A stretch of DNA of 64,000 nucleotides from a virus, in IMG/VR virus record IMGVR_UViG_3300044732_000293, positions 36,842 to 100,841 of that record. One strand, given 5' to 3'. This document shows, piece after piece, positions 21,201-30,301 of this stretch (position 1 is its first letter; the number at the start of each line of letters is the position of its first letter). A program made the translations under genes and the position numbers. Under the pieces are notes generated by a model. It made no database searches, had not been told where the DNA came from, and saw only the letters and a program-made list of their open reading frames with translations.

Positions 21201-24200
21201 GAGAGTTCTGATATTAATAGTATTAAGAGAGACTTAAGCTTTAGCCTTAACGCTGAGAAGATTGAAAAGTTGTTAAACTCTATCGTAATTAAACGATTAG
21301 TTCGTCAGAAGATGAACGGTGAGCAGTTAGTACAAGTTTCTGGAGCTGGCTTTGAGTCTAGTACTAAGTTAACTAACCCTACAGAAGAAGATATTAAGAA
21401 CTATCGTGGTACTAATGACTTACCTACATACCGTCCTGGTAAAGGAAAGAACGGTAAGACTAGTGCAATGAAAGTTAAGATTGCAATGAAAGGGGACTAT
21501 TATAAGTTACTTGAGCTTAAACATACTGACGGAGAAAAGATTGGTACAAGAGAGCGTTTGAATGAAGTGCTTAAAAATGATGAGTGGTTAGATAAAAACG
21601 ATAACCGTAAGCTTATTACTATGGTAGGTGTACGTATTCCTGTGCAAGGATTAAACTCTATGGAGTTTATGGAAGTGTATGAGTTCCTTCCTGAAGAAGC
21701 AGGGTCTATTGTTATACCTCCAGCTGAGATTGTGGCTAAATCTGGATCTGACTTTGATATTGATAAGTTAACTATATTCCAACCTAACTATTCTAAGAAT
21801 AGCAAGCAGGCTAAGTATAGTACAAATGATAATGTTAAAGGTACAGAGAATAAGATTATTGAAAAGATCCGTGAGATTTTAGAGCATCCTGATAACTTTG
21901 AAGCTCTTATTCGTCCAAACAATACTGATATTGTTAAAGGAGTAGCAGATAACTTAGCTAGTAAGAATGTTCAAGGATACAATCCTTTGGCTAATAAAAC
22001 TAGAGAAACTGCTAATAAGATTAGTCCTACTCGTACTTTAGAACCTAGATATAATCTATATAAGCATGAGTCTAATAACATTGGGAAAAAGACTTTAGGT
22101 ATTGGTGCTGTAGATAATGCCTACTCATCTATCTTTAAAAGAATAGGTGCTAGATTAGAGACTCAGTATACTCATTATCCAATTGATTTTGAAACTGGAG
22201 AATATAAGAGAGATAAAAAAACCGGTAAGATTGTACAACAAGTTCGTCCTATTAACATTAGAATGAAGCATAACAGTATGACTGTAGGTGGTAAATCTTA
22301 TATTTCTTTATCTGATATTAATACAGTTAGTGGTGAAAAGATTTCTGACTTAATCTCTCAATTGATGAACGGTTGGGTGGATATTGAAAAAGATGCTTGG
22401 ATCTTTAATATCAATGGTAACAATGTAGCTGGTCCAGTATTGTTATTCATGATTGAATCAGGTGTTGATTTTAAGACAGCTGCTCATTTTATATCTCAAC
22501 CTTTAATTGTTGATTATATCAAACAAAGAGCTGCTTCCAATAGTCCTTTCTTTGAAGCAAGTGGCAAAGGAGAGAATAAGGGTAAAGGACTTAATAAATT
22601 TAATATTAAGAAGCAGTTTATACTAGACAACTTTGAGGATGATTTACCTATTAATAAAAGTACAGGAGAACCTATTGTAAGCAATGATGGTATATATAAA
22701 ATCATTAATAAGTACAATGAGGGTGTTGAATATACTAGTGATAATCTATTAGGTGTTATTGAGAATAAAGACACTACTTCTTCTATGGCTAAAGCGGCTT
22801 TATTACATTTCTTTGAATTAGAAGACTTAATGAGTCAATTGACCAATATTAAACTAACGGTTAACTTAGATACAGCTCCTTCTAAATCATTGTTTTCTGC
22901 TCAAGAAAGACTTAGTAAAATATCTAAGTTAAATATTGTAGATGCTGTGCCAGCTGACATGGTTAGAAAGATATTGAATGAGTCTCCTATTAAGTCATTC
23001 CTTGTACAAGACTTTCAGTTAAAACTATGGGAGCCTTTAATGAAGCTTAGAGGAGATGCTAACATAAATAGCTTCTTAATAAATAAGATTGCTACTAAGT
23101 CTTATACAAATAGTTTTGATGATGCTGAGAAATATGTAGCTACATTTAAAAATGACCTTCCTTTATATCTTTTACAGAATCATTTAAAGGGGATGGACAT
23201 TACTAAGATTACTGAATACAAAGGCTTACTTATAGATAACGCTATTCCTGTACAAAATGTTCAGATTAAGAACGGTGCTTATGTAAAAGAAGGCGTAATG
23301 TATGTAGATATAGATCAGATAAAGTCTGACTTTGCAAGCATGGCTTATACAGATAAGGGTACTTATAAAGAATCAGGATTGGCTACTCTTCCTGCTCAAG
23401 CTTTTAAGATGGGTGAGACAAGTGCTAACTTCCAAGAGTATTCTAACTATGTACTAGAGCGTGAGTATTTAAGATCTATCCTTCCAGTAAGAGATAAAGA
23501 AAGCAGAGAAAGCTATGAGAATAGACTTAGAGATAGAGCTTTGGAAAGAACATTTAACTTCTATACTATGCTTAAGTCTGATAATAGTATTGCAGATGAG
23601 TTTAATAGAATTAAATCTAAGTATCCTGAGTTAGAAAAAGACTACATGATCTTTGATCAATTAGGTTATAGTCCAGGTAGCAAGTTTGATATGAACAAAC
23701 TTAAGACTCTTAAGTTAAAGTCAAGTAAGCTTGATGCTGATATGGCTAATGTTCTTCATGAAAATCTTCAGAGACTTGCTGACCCAGCAACAATTAAAGT
23801 AACTAATCCTGTAGCTAACGCTGAGATATCTAAGTTCTTTAGTAGAATGATTATATCAGAATACTTGAGAGCAGGTATTAGCAAGACTAATGATAGTATT
23901 GCAATGATTTTACCTTCAGAATCTTTAATGAAGCTTTTGGAAGAGCCTATGAGTAAGTTGACTAAAGAAGGATTGACTGATGAGTTTTTAGAAAAGTATT
24001 CTAATTTGTTTGATTCAAACTGGTCTAAGTCTGCTACAGCAGTTCGTAATAGATTCAGAAACTATATCCAAACTACTAAACCTACAATACAAGAACCTAT
24101 TACAGAAGCTACTGCGGTAACTCCTATCACTCCTTCTATAGCTAGTTTTAAAAATAAGTTTGCAAAGAGTGAGCTTGAGCCTATATTAAACGCTAATAAA

Positions 24201-24653
24201 AACACTATATTTGTATACCCTGTAAATGAAAACGGTACAGGTGATAACATTGCTAAAGTGTACAGTGACGCTGGAAATAGTGCGGGTGTAGTTTTAAAAG
24301 CTGTAGGAAAGAACTGGACAGATGCCACTTATGATTCTAACATTAGTTTTATAAACCAATCATTAGATGTTATTGGTGCTCATTTAAGTAATGGTTTCCA
24401 AGTAGCATTCCCTGAGTTTGGTTTAAACTTAACTAAGGTTAAAGAGGAATCAGTAGATTTTTTAACTAAGTCTGCTCCTAAAACGTTTGACTATTTGGCT
24501 ACAGAGTTATATAAAAGATTTGGATACGTTCATCCTGGAGCTGAGCAAATGCTAGGCTTTAGAAAAGAGTTCCAATCCAATCAACCTATATCAGACCAAG
24601 AGATTGATGCTGCTATTAATAAGAAATTTGAAGATTCTAAAAACTGTAATTAA
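15294..24653 (+). CDS. Virion-packaged double-psi-barrel RNA polymerase with N-terminal zincin-like motif
   Basis: 3119 aa; catalytic KSGSDFDIDK (DFDIDK at 21750-21767) preceded by RIPVQG; HEGWH at 17301-17315 with downstream EEFLAE; layout matches the crAss-like vRNAP. Confidence 0.92.
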   Translation: MACRLSDEQVEALYTTVLGDIVATKNSGGIYNPDTAIRTLYQTLMAAGADQTNALDYIQHVPRMINAAYGSLEEIADYLQDSNVSIDNLNKMRRDFKDINNVMSFLDLNNNTIEIIEEIVEDSNPSTPVVPTDVYTEIENSDVEKKQKLYNNRSFIAAPETALAVFNQEAQDYDGAVAEDNIADPDPKKKTYYAVVRKINALMNLLNASTANNLKMGTTTGIFMNLVKASSIDEADLYVSDTKFINQSEENRAYHNDSALALVYTDKNGKVLYFDEEGNITSKEAGGKLVYGKIRNVYSDARTGNKYVPRVQTVERKVEKGMGTQEELQAERQKEIDVLEGARKFLKENPTGSLMFSITPGRNGYVNEDFSTINTIGSIQLPDGFKPTVAKEDTGIYKSGGVYFHVPGYSLPILVRRPKFSQLNNNLAENLADLLFDNTNNKQSNAEKIAIVKQFTYSNDTKVFDRDGKIFVKQGEQELDTTVAANREAFLQNLNGQVVNINKDLVNGYVDMPVNLDGSVQVQKELYNNFLTSNFYTHLAKNAEGKVVSMNAYNNIFPTVESQTKLFGETKTTKTAPVSLTEATPTDNKISPLAELLKNTDFSLKKSILENSDATEEQIEKARAWYTSSPLAKVVPFETMFHVVNSNALATFTLSGITLFQGSNYTDLYHEGWHAFSQLFLTRDQKVDLYNETRKLTGSFKTADGRTIKFSAASDIQLEEFLAEDYRKYGMADGKYIVAGRGTRNTLFRRILNFLKAVFKGYSIKDAISEATAIPKIGELYEKLYIGNINDYSASLNNVQFKILNKGAQPLDDKNIDGGLNYQDSMTLVETIDSLMASTLQDYGVNLGVLFTNPEFTAPLYAEIKNKLENMLNAPDLSESSKRILNFALNEWGDYTAVSKGEQELGVIAFHKKRSSYLTFDEKYSDLTGAEQDINENAADVVKDEDNQLSITENEARESFGANAFERKGNELSVRELASNQTVYLIKSLPALDKNGKVEMNALGVPKLTDFNRTWGVVINTVQGAIDEVDMYRKLSEASTRFPELKALVERLGDPMEKTQTSDWPAMNMWINFHRDFSVYRVPVREVRIVKSEIPGEEGSTFSVEFTETNPTFKQVENTFKSQFDAVRNNKYVRNTPQGNQLNIESILNDFPKSTLMSGTSKLNSEQAIKFLKAIGLYMTDNQAVRESLNENYTAVTYLHSALSRINYFNSSKEAGSKITINSPIDFLRNELKNVTTKDSKGNTTLLHKGESSNIEKLLNIEGTNSGKYSNNSVENVNGDSIFDLSLNNTVTKQFAELNAAGKNYNDVVGKPHMAHLNFRNNPAAKYSIWMNSMFHIPTGNFETANMNQRRVGKTNAETVTIDIVNLDGIKEVVSNEAKAQFRVNGIKTTSADPATKFIMDLHTMLMRGVIEAPRHASKSTAYGYSVSLLNTPFNAKSRHLYISSEYFADDAVANNATVAMLKPKIAAEMERIAMLRAGMLPNIPGFNERGQTFTMFDDILSDGLKADLIEMANADDSLVLLEDAELSKRISNDISKYINRLTQENLDVFGEMPFISKDILRGGARGSAKSIVSLIGAGANLTDAQLKTIALKSFTVNALIHNMESMAMVYGDLAMYNHNKEEFHKRNASIGSTGRIFASGQATTNFVNNLGRAYAKKIGATERTFDGSINSVIFKDNNVESVYYNEYLDALVAKGYTKEQAASVLKPYSEMNEGDAQGWVTFDSYRMFSILEGAWSEKQNDLYNKIINEEEVDPKEISEFFPTKKFQYAGPVKSDKLHLQAFHKFSLVPLIPSLIKGTNMQTVHDNLVKQQVDYALFESGSKLATITKDGQYDDLYDNKEERTTKPWNQGDAEYTTNKVFIQYLKDQVDIQSTWKNKTVFSTQLRKLIINDLFKQGIATSKDFNKLVTDFEGLLDDLQTKKKNELLAEAGWTQDKKGNYNGSVKSLMDFVERELARQELPEHDVDFVRESSDINSIKRDLSFSLNAEKIEKLLNSIVIKRLVRQKMNGEQLVQVSGAGFESSTKLTNPTEEDIKNYRGTNDLPTYRPGKGKNGKTSAMKVKIAMKGDYYKLLELKHTDGEKIGTRERLNEVLKNDEWLDKNDNRKLITMVGVRIPVQGLNSMEFMEVYEFLPEEAGSIVIPPAEIVAKSGSDFDIDKLTIFQPNYSKNSKQAKYSTNDNVKGTENKIIEKIREILEHPDNFEALIRPNNTDIVKGVADNLASKNVQGYNPLANKTRETANKISPTRTLEPRYNLYKHESNNIGKKTLGIGAVDNAYSSIFKRIGARLETQYTHYPIDFETGEYKRDKKTGKIVQQVRPINIRMKHNSMTVGGKSYISLSDINTVSGEKISDLISQLMNGWVDIEKDAWIFNINGNNVAGPVLLFMIESGVDFKTAAHFISQPLIVDYIKQRAASNSPFFEASGKGENKGKGLNKFNIKKQFILDNFEDDLPINKSTGEPIVSNDGIYKIINKYNEGVEYTSDNLLGVIENKDTTSSMAKAALLHFFELEDLMSQLTNIKLTVNLDTAPSKSLFSAQERLSKISKLNIVDAVPADMVRKILNESPIKSFLVQDFQLKLWEPLMKLRGDANINSFLINKIATKSYTNSFDDAEKYVATFKNDLPLYLLQNHLKGMDITKITEYKGLLIDNAIPVQNVQIKNGAYVKEGVMYVDIDQIKSDFASMAYTDKGTYKESGLATLPAQAFKMGETSANFQEYSNYVLEREYLRSILPVRDKESRESYENRLRDRALERTFNFYTMLKSDNSIADEFNRIKSKYPELEKDYMIFDQLGYSPGSKFDMNKLKTLKLKSSKLDADMANVLHENLQRLADPATIKVTNPVANAEISKFFSRMIISEYLRAGISKTNDSIAMILPSESLMKLLEEPMSKLTKEGLTDEFLEKYSNLFDSNWSKSATAVRNRFRNYIQTTKPTIQEPITEATAVTPITPSIASFKNKFAKSELEPILNANKNTIFVYPVNENGTGDNIAKVYSDAGNSAGVVLKAVGKNWTDATYDSNISFINQSLDVIGAHLSNGFQVAFPEFGLNLTKVKEESVDFLTKSAPKTFDYLATELYKRFGYVHPGAEQMLGFRKEFQSNQPISDQEIDAAINKKFEDSKNCN

Positions 24654-24659
24654 TAAAAT

Positions 24660-27600
24660 ATGGCTTGTAGTATAATCCGTAATAAAGAAACTAATCAACT
24701 TGAACAAGTATTGGCTCCTAATGGTAAGGAGTCTTTACTATTTAACGGTATTTTAGATATTCAATATGATCCTGAGCAATCTTTAAGATTGTGGGCTCAA
24801 GTGTATACTGATTCTTTTAAGAAAGAAAAAGGTGATTGGGAAACAAACAAGGAAGAGTCAGGTGTACAGTTAGATCAAAATGGTGAACCTCTTATCCAAT
24901 ATATCACTGGACTAAATGAGGTGCCCCCTACAGATACAGAAGATTTTAATAAAGCTCCAAGTATTGAGAGTCAAAAGAAGACCATTGGTAATAACATTGC
25001 AGCTGAACTTGCCTTTACAATATCTAATAACTTAAATATTCCTTATAGTAATATTACTGCTAATGAAGCACGTGAAATAACTGAAGCTGCTAAAAACCCA
25101 TGGAATGGTGAACCAGCTTTCTTCTTTGGAGGTAAAGTGTTCTTTGTACAAGATGGCTTTACAACTGATAGTGTATTACATGAATTCTCTCACCCACTAA
25201 TAGCTGCAGTGTTTACTCAGAATAAAGACTTGTTTAATAAGTTATATTCTGACATCTTAATGACTGAAGAGGGTAAAGCTATTTTAGAACAAGTTAAAGC
25301 TCTATATCCTGAGCTAGTAGAAGACGATACTCACTTTCAGCAAGAGATTCTTACTAGAGGATTGGCTAAAGAAGCTGAGAATGAAACTAATCAGATCAAG
25401 AACTCTAAGTCTTTTACAGACTTTATCAATAAGATGATCTTTGCTTTTAAACAAGCTTTACGTAAGATCTTTGGAAAAGATGTAAAGATTGAAAAGCTTT
25501 CTACCAAAACCAATCTTTCTGAGTTAGCAGATATGCTAAGAAATGATCAGTTCAATATAAACACTGAGATATTTACAGAAGAAGATATGGTGGACTACCT
25601 GCGTGATATCTCTAACTTTACTAAAGAGTTGATGGCCGTAGAACAAAGTGAAATGGCTATGGCTTCTAAAAGATTCTATAGCGTAGTTAGTAGTCAGATA
25701 AGACGTATTAGAGAAAATGGCAACTATAGTGAAGCCCGCAAGTTTTTAGTAGATGAGTACACTAAACGTGGTGATCTTCAAGAACTTAAAGACACTCTTT
25801 CTAGTGCAGATATTGATAAATTACTAGATGAAATGTATGAAGATGTGCAAGCTCGTGAAAAAGCTGTACAAAGTTTTGTACATGCAACTCATCAATTAGA
25901 TAAAGTTGCAAATAAAATTTATAGTCATATACAAGAGTTAGCTACTAAAGGTGATTCTCAAGAAGTTATTAAAGATATTTTTTATTATGACTTGTTAATG
26001 AGAAACTGGAGTACATTTATAGATCAAACTATAGATGGTCTTAGTGATGCTGGACTTCCTCCTAGTTCTGACTTTTCAAAATTAGCTTCAAGTATTAAAA
26101 ATACAATTGATCAAAGTAGTAGAGCTATTAGTAAGATCTATGCTAATGCTCTTGATGGTGTAATGCTTGAGCACTTAAAACCGCTAGCTGAGGAAATAGA
26201 TAGATACTATTCAGATATTATTAAACAGCTTACCGATACTAATCAGAAACAATCTGAGATTGATAGAGTCCAAAAGAAGTGGGATGCTCATAAGTTAACT
26301 AAAGAAAGAGTTAATGATTTACTTACAGGTAATGCTAAAGATACTAATATTTTTTCCGCTTTTCTTGAATCATATACTAATAGTCCTGACCCTATAGTTG
26401 GTGGATTTGCTATGTTCTTAAAATCTTCTTACAATGATGTGGATGCTGAAATGCTTCGTTTAAGTAATGAAATGTCTACGGAGTTAGGTCCTTTATTAGA
26501 TGCTGCTGGTTATAGTAATACAAACTTTGCTAAACTAATGAAAGAATTAGTTTATGAAGAAAATAAACCTTATCTAGATTCAAAAGATGGTTTAATGAAG
26601 ACTAGAAAAGTTTTTGCTTTTAAGTCTCAATTTAAAGATCATTTAGTACAAGTTGCTAATTTGCAACATGATTATAATTTAGCAGTAGCATCTGGTGATC
26701 AAGCTTTAGCTGATCAAAAGATTAAAGAAATTAGACAGCATAAAAGAGATTACTTCCACCAAGAATACCTTGATGAGTATTATAACCGTGAGCAAATATA
26801 TGATTCTGAAGAAGGTAAAGAAGCTTATAGAAGAAAACATGAGCTTTTAAATGAGATTAAAAATCTTACAGACCAAGAATATGACGTTGAGCATCTTCAA
26901 GAAATCTTATCTCAGAAGAAAATTTTATGGAGACAGTATTCTCAATTAGCTTCTTTAACAGATGAGAACGGTAATCCTAAAGTTGGACGTGATCTTGAGA
27001 TAGCTAAAATAGAACGTCAATATAGAAAAGAATCTAAAAAGTTCTTTGAATGGCTTCCTACTAATAAGTTTGAATCCACATTAAGAAGAATGGAACAAGA
27101 CTTGGTAGACCAAGGTATTGCTCCAGATAGTCAAGAGTTTAAGATAGCTAGAGATAAATGGATTAAAGAGAATACAGTTATTGCGTATACTCCTGAGTTC
27201 TTTGAAGAAAGAAATCAGATTATTGCTGACTTAAGAGCTTTTATGGAAAAGCTTCCTAAATCTACACAGGACCTAGTAGATTCATCTGAAGAGATGGAAA
27301 ACATGTTAGATCTTGCTGTTGGGTTTAGAGACCAAGATGGTCAGATTATTGGGGGAGATTTTAGTCAAACCTCTAAGGATAAAGTAAAAGCGTATCAGAA
27401 ATCTATACAAGATAAAAGAAAGAGTTTATATAACGGGCTTACAGATGATGAGCAATCAGAACTTGATTCTCTATTTACTAGAAAGGATTTTGCAGTAGGT
27501 AAAAGACTGTCTCCAGAAGATGACGCTAGACTAAGCGAGCTTATTGATAAGGGTATTAGTCTTAGAATCAACGTTCTTCAGAAAGCAGAGTTGGCTACTT

Positions 27601-30125
27601 TATATCAAAGATTATCTGAAATTCAATCTAAAGAGGCTACTGACTACTATAAAGACATAGTTAATAACTATTTAGACAAGATGGGTGAAACTCCTTTTGA
27701 TGAGAATAACGAGATTAGTATTGATACTTTATTAGATCCTAGTAACTACGTAAGATTATTTAGTAAAAGCCCTGAGTTTGAAAAGTGGTTTAAAGAAAAT
27801 CATATTACTAAAGAAGTATATGATAGAGAGTCTGGTGAAATTATAACCAAGTATGAACGTTTATTTATATGGAATCGTAACCGTCCTAATAATGAAGAGC
27901 ATTATGAAAAGATTACTCTTTCAGATGGTGAGCAAATTTTAGGTAAACCTAGCTTATCCTACTTCTTTAGATCTGTTAAAAAAGAATATAGAACTAAGAA
28001 AGTAGTTGGAGAAACTGTAGACAATAAAGGTAACTTTTTACCTAAGACAATTGAGCAAGGAGCCAGAGATGATAGGTATTATAATCCTGAGTATATTAAA
28101 CTACAGAGAGAAAATCCTAATGCTTTTGCTTTAATGGAAAAGATGAAAGAACTTCATCTTAAACATCAAGCTAATTTACCTAGAGAAAGTCGTCTGTATT
28201 TAGAAATTCCTAGGTATGGTAAAGAGAATTTGGAATATTTACAAGATACCTCTGTAGGTAAAGAGACTAATAAATTTAAAGAATGGTTTAAAGGTTTAAA
28301 AGAATCTGTATTAGGTGCTGCTGATGATGCTGAATCTACAGGCTTTAACTTTGATACTAGTAAGTTAATGTATACTGATGTATTTGGAGAAGATATTCAA
28401 AGAGTTCCTATTACGGGTATGTATTCATTAGACACTGATCAAGTAAGTTTAAATATACTTGACGGTATGAGAAGATATATGCAGTCTGGATTAAAGCAGA
28501 AAAAGCTTATTGAGTTAAATCCTTTTGCTCAAGCTTTACAAAACGTTACAGCTCAACGTATTGTAAAACGTAATAAAGTTGCTGCCGCAGCTGCCGCTGC
28601 TATGGGTAAGTTCTTTAATGTTGATGAAAGAACTACTAGAGGAAAAGCTATTGCAAATCTTATACAAAGAGAGTTTCAAGGAATTCATACTAATAGCTGG
28701 GTTGGTCATAGTAAGTTTAATGCAGTAAATGCGGTAACTCCTCTTATTAAAAAAACATTAAGTAAAGCAGGAAGTATTTCTAGCTTTGGTATGTTTGCCG
28801 CTAATATTCTTCCTTCTGCTGTTAAAAACAGAATGGGAGCACTAGTACAGAATCTTATAGAATCCTCTGGAGGTAGATTTATATCTTTAGAAAGCTATAA
28901 CAGGGCTAAGTTGAGGGCTTTAGGTATGTTAAGAGCTCATACTATGTCTATATATCAGACAGGTAATAAATCTTTAGATGGTCAATTAATGTTATTATTT
29001 GATCCAGGACAAGGTATATTTGAAAAGTTTTTAAAACAACAGTTTGGTAGAAGCTTGGCAGGTGATGCTGCAGGACTTAGTTTCTTTACATCTCCAAGAC
29101 AGTTCTTAGATCTTGAAGTACAAACTGAATTACTTGCTGGTATGCTATATCATCAAAGAGTAACACAAACTATAGATGGTGTACCAACCGAAATTAAATA
29201 CATAAACGCTTGGGAAATACGTAATGGACAAATAGAACTTAAAGAAGGTATTGATAAAGAGTGGGCTCAAGGAGGTGCTAAATTTAATCAGTTTAAGAAT
29301 AGATCTCATGAGTTAAATAATAGACTAGTTGGTACTTATGCTAAAATGGACCAACCAGAGGTAATGAGGTATGCTTTGGGCAGACTCTTCTTCTTCTTAA
29401 AAAGATATTTTATATCTATGGCAGCAAATAGATTTGCTACAACAAGAACTAGTAATGCTTTAGGTACTGTTAGTACGGGTTATTATGTTAGTACTCTTCA
29501 AGCTGCTGCTAAGCTAGCAAGAACTAGAAGTTTTGGATCAATTACTAGTGAAGAAAAAACTAATGCTAAAAAGTTTGCTGCAGATGCTGCCTTACAGATG
29601 TTTATGTCATTCTTATTAGTAAATCTATTTAAATGGTATGGAGCGGAAGATCCTGATAAGTATGATAGAATGAAAGAGCGTAGTGGTGCACTTAATGAAG
29701 ATGACTTTGATCTGCAAGGTTGGCTGTTTAATCATTCATTAGTAGCTACCTTAGCAACTTTAAGTGAAACAGAAACTTTTGGAATATTAAATCCTGTAGA
29801 ATATAATGCTAAAAAAGGAGAATGGAATCTTAGCTTTGGTCGTAGAACAGTAAAACAAGGAACTAGTACCGTAGTAAATATGGGAGATCCATCTGCTTTA
29901 TTTAAAACTACAGCTGTAAGAATAGGTGATGCTTATAGTAACTTTGCTCTATATTTAGAAGATAAGCCTAATGCTTATTGGAAAAAAGATACAGGTCCCT
30001 ATTGGTTCCAGAAAGCAGATCAACCTAAGTTTTGGAAAGATATATTTGCCATCTTTGGCATCACTGGAACTCAAGTGAGTCCAGTGGAAGCCGCAGAAAA
30101 GGAGGCATATAAACAAAGAAAGTAA
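24660..30125 (+). CDS. Giant virion (ejected) protein 3 with zincin-like HEFSH motif
   Basis: 1821 aa; VLHEFSH (HEFSH at 25179-25193); C-terminal hydrophobic segments; single Cys at residue 3. Confidence 0.7.
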   Translation: MACSIIRNKETNQLEQVLAPNGKESLLFNGILDIQYDPEQSLRLWAQVYTDSFKKEKGDWETNKEESGVQLDQNGEPLIQYITGLNEVPPTDTEDFNKAPSIESQKKTIGNNIAAELAFTISNNLNIPYSNITANEAREITEAAKNPWNGEPAFFFGGKVFFVQDGFTTDSVLHEFSHPLIAAVFTQNKDLFNKLYSDILMTEEGKAILEQVKALYPELVEDDTHFQQEILTRGLAKEAENETNQIKNSKSFTDFINKMIFAFKQALRKIFGKDVKIEKLSTKTNLSELADMLRNDQFNINTEIFTEEDMVDYLRDISNFTKELMAVEQSEMAMASKRFYSVVSSQIRRIRENGNYSEARKFLVDEYTKRGDLQELKDTLSSADIDKLLDEMYEDVQAREKAVQSFVHATHQLDKVANKIYSHIQELATKGDSQEVIKDIFYYDLLMRNWSTFIDQTIDGLSDAGLPPSSDFSKLASSIKNTIDQSSRAISKIYANALDGVMLEHLKPLAEEIDRYYSDIIKQLTDTNQKQSEIDRVQKKWDAHKLTKERVNDLLTGNAKDTNIFSAFLESYTNSPDPIVGGFAMFLKSSYNDVDAEMLRLSNEMSTELGPLLDAAGYSNTNFAKLMKELVYEENKPYLDSKDGLMKTRKVFAFKSQFKDHLVQVANLQHDYNLAVASGDQALADQKIKEIRQHKRDYFHQEYLDEYYNREQIYDSEEGKEAYRRKHELLNEIKNLTDQEYDVEHLQEILSQKKILWRQYSQLASLTDENGNPKVGRDLEIAKIERQYRKESKKFFEWLPTNKFESTLRRMEQDLVDQGIAPDSQEFKIARDKWIKENTVIAYTPEFFEERNQIIADLRAFMEKLPKSTQDLVDSSEEMENMLDLAVGFRDQDGQIIGGDFSQTSKDKVKAYQKSIQDKRKSLYNGLTDDEQSELDSLFTRKDFAVGKRLSPEDDARLSELIDKGISLRINVLQKAELATLYQRLSEIQSKEATDYYKDIVNNYLDKMGETPFDENNEISIDTLLDPSNYVRLFSKSPEFEKWFKENHITKEVYDRESGEIITKYERLFIWNRNRPNNEEHYEKITLSDGEQILGKPSLSYFFRSVKKEYRTKKVVGETVDNKGNFLPKTIEQGARDDRYYNPEYIKLQRENPNAFALMEKMKELHLKHQANLPRESRLYLEIPRYGKENLEYLQDTSVGKETNKFKEWFKGLKESVLGAADDAESTGFNFDTSKLMYTDVFGEDIQRVPITGMYSLDTDQVSLNILDGMRRYMQSGLKQKKLIELNPFAQALQNVTAQRIVKRNKVAAAAAAAMGKFFNVDERTTRGKAIANLIQREFQGIHTNSWVGHSKFNAVNAVTPLIKKTLSKAGSISSFGMFAANILPSAVKNRMGALVQNLIESSGGRFISLESYNRAKLRALGMLRAHTMSIYQTGNKSLDGQLMLLFDPGQGIFEKFLKQQFGRSLAGDAAGLSFFTSPRQFLDLEVQTELLAGMLYHQRVTQTIDGVPTEIKYINAWEIRNGQIELKEGIDKEWAQGGAKFNQFKNRSHELNNRLVGTYAKMDQPEVMRYALGRLFFFLKRYFISMAANRFATTRTSNALGTVSTGYYVSTLQAAAKLARTRSFGSITSEEKTNAKKFAADAALQMFMSFLLVNLFKWYGAEDPDKYDRMKERSGALNEDDFDLQGWLFNHSLVATLATLSETETFGILNPVEYNAKKGEWNLSFGRRTVKQGTSTVVNMGDPSALFKTTAVRIGDAYSNFALYLEDKPNAYWKKDTGPYWFQKADQPKFWKDIFAIFGITGTQVSPVEAAEKEAYKQRK

Positions 30126-30128
30126 TAA

Positions 30129-30299
30129 TTACTTTTTAGTTTTATGATACCACATTAAGTCTAAGGTTAGGAATATCAATCCTAACCTTAGTCGTGTAAA
30201 AGGTACCCATACTTCTTTTGTTCTTTCATACTCTCCTTGGTCCATCATTAGACCAAGTAGTGTTTCATTTTTACTTAATAGTGCTAAGCTTATTTGCAT
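30129..30299 (-). CDS. Small hypothetical protein (56 aa, below the ORF-track cutoff)
   Basis: MQISLALLSKNETLLG...WYHKTKK; fills the gap, starting 2 nt after the stop of the gene at 30302. Confidence 0.55.
   Translation of the reverse strand: MQISLALLSKNETLLGLMMDQGEYERTKEVWVPFTRLRLGLIFLTLDLMWYHKTKK
30161..30191. other. Perfect 12-bp inverted repeat at the convergence of the + and - gene blocks
   Basis: ctaaggttagga-atatcaa-tcctaaccttag; no U-tract on either strand. Confidence 0.6.
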
Positions 30300-30301
30300 G
30301 T

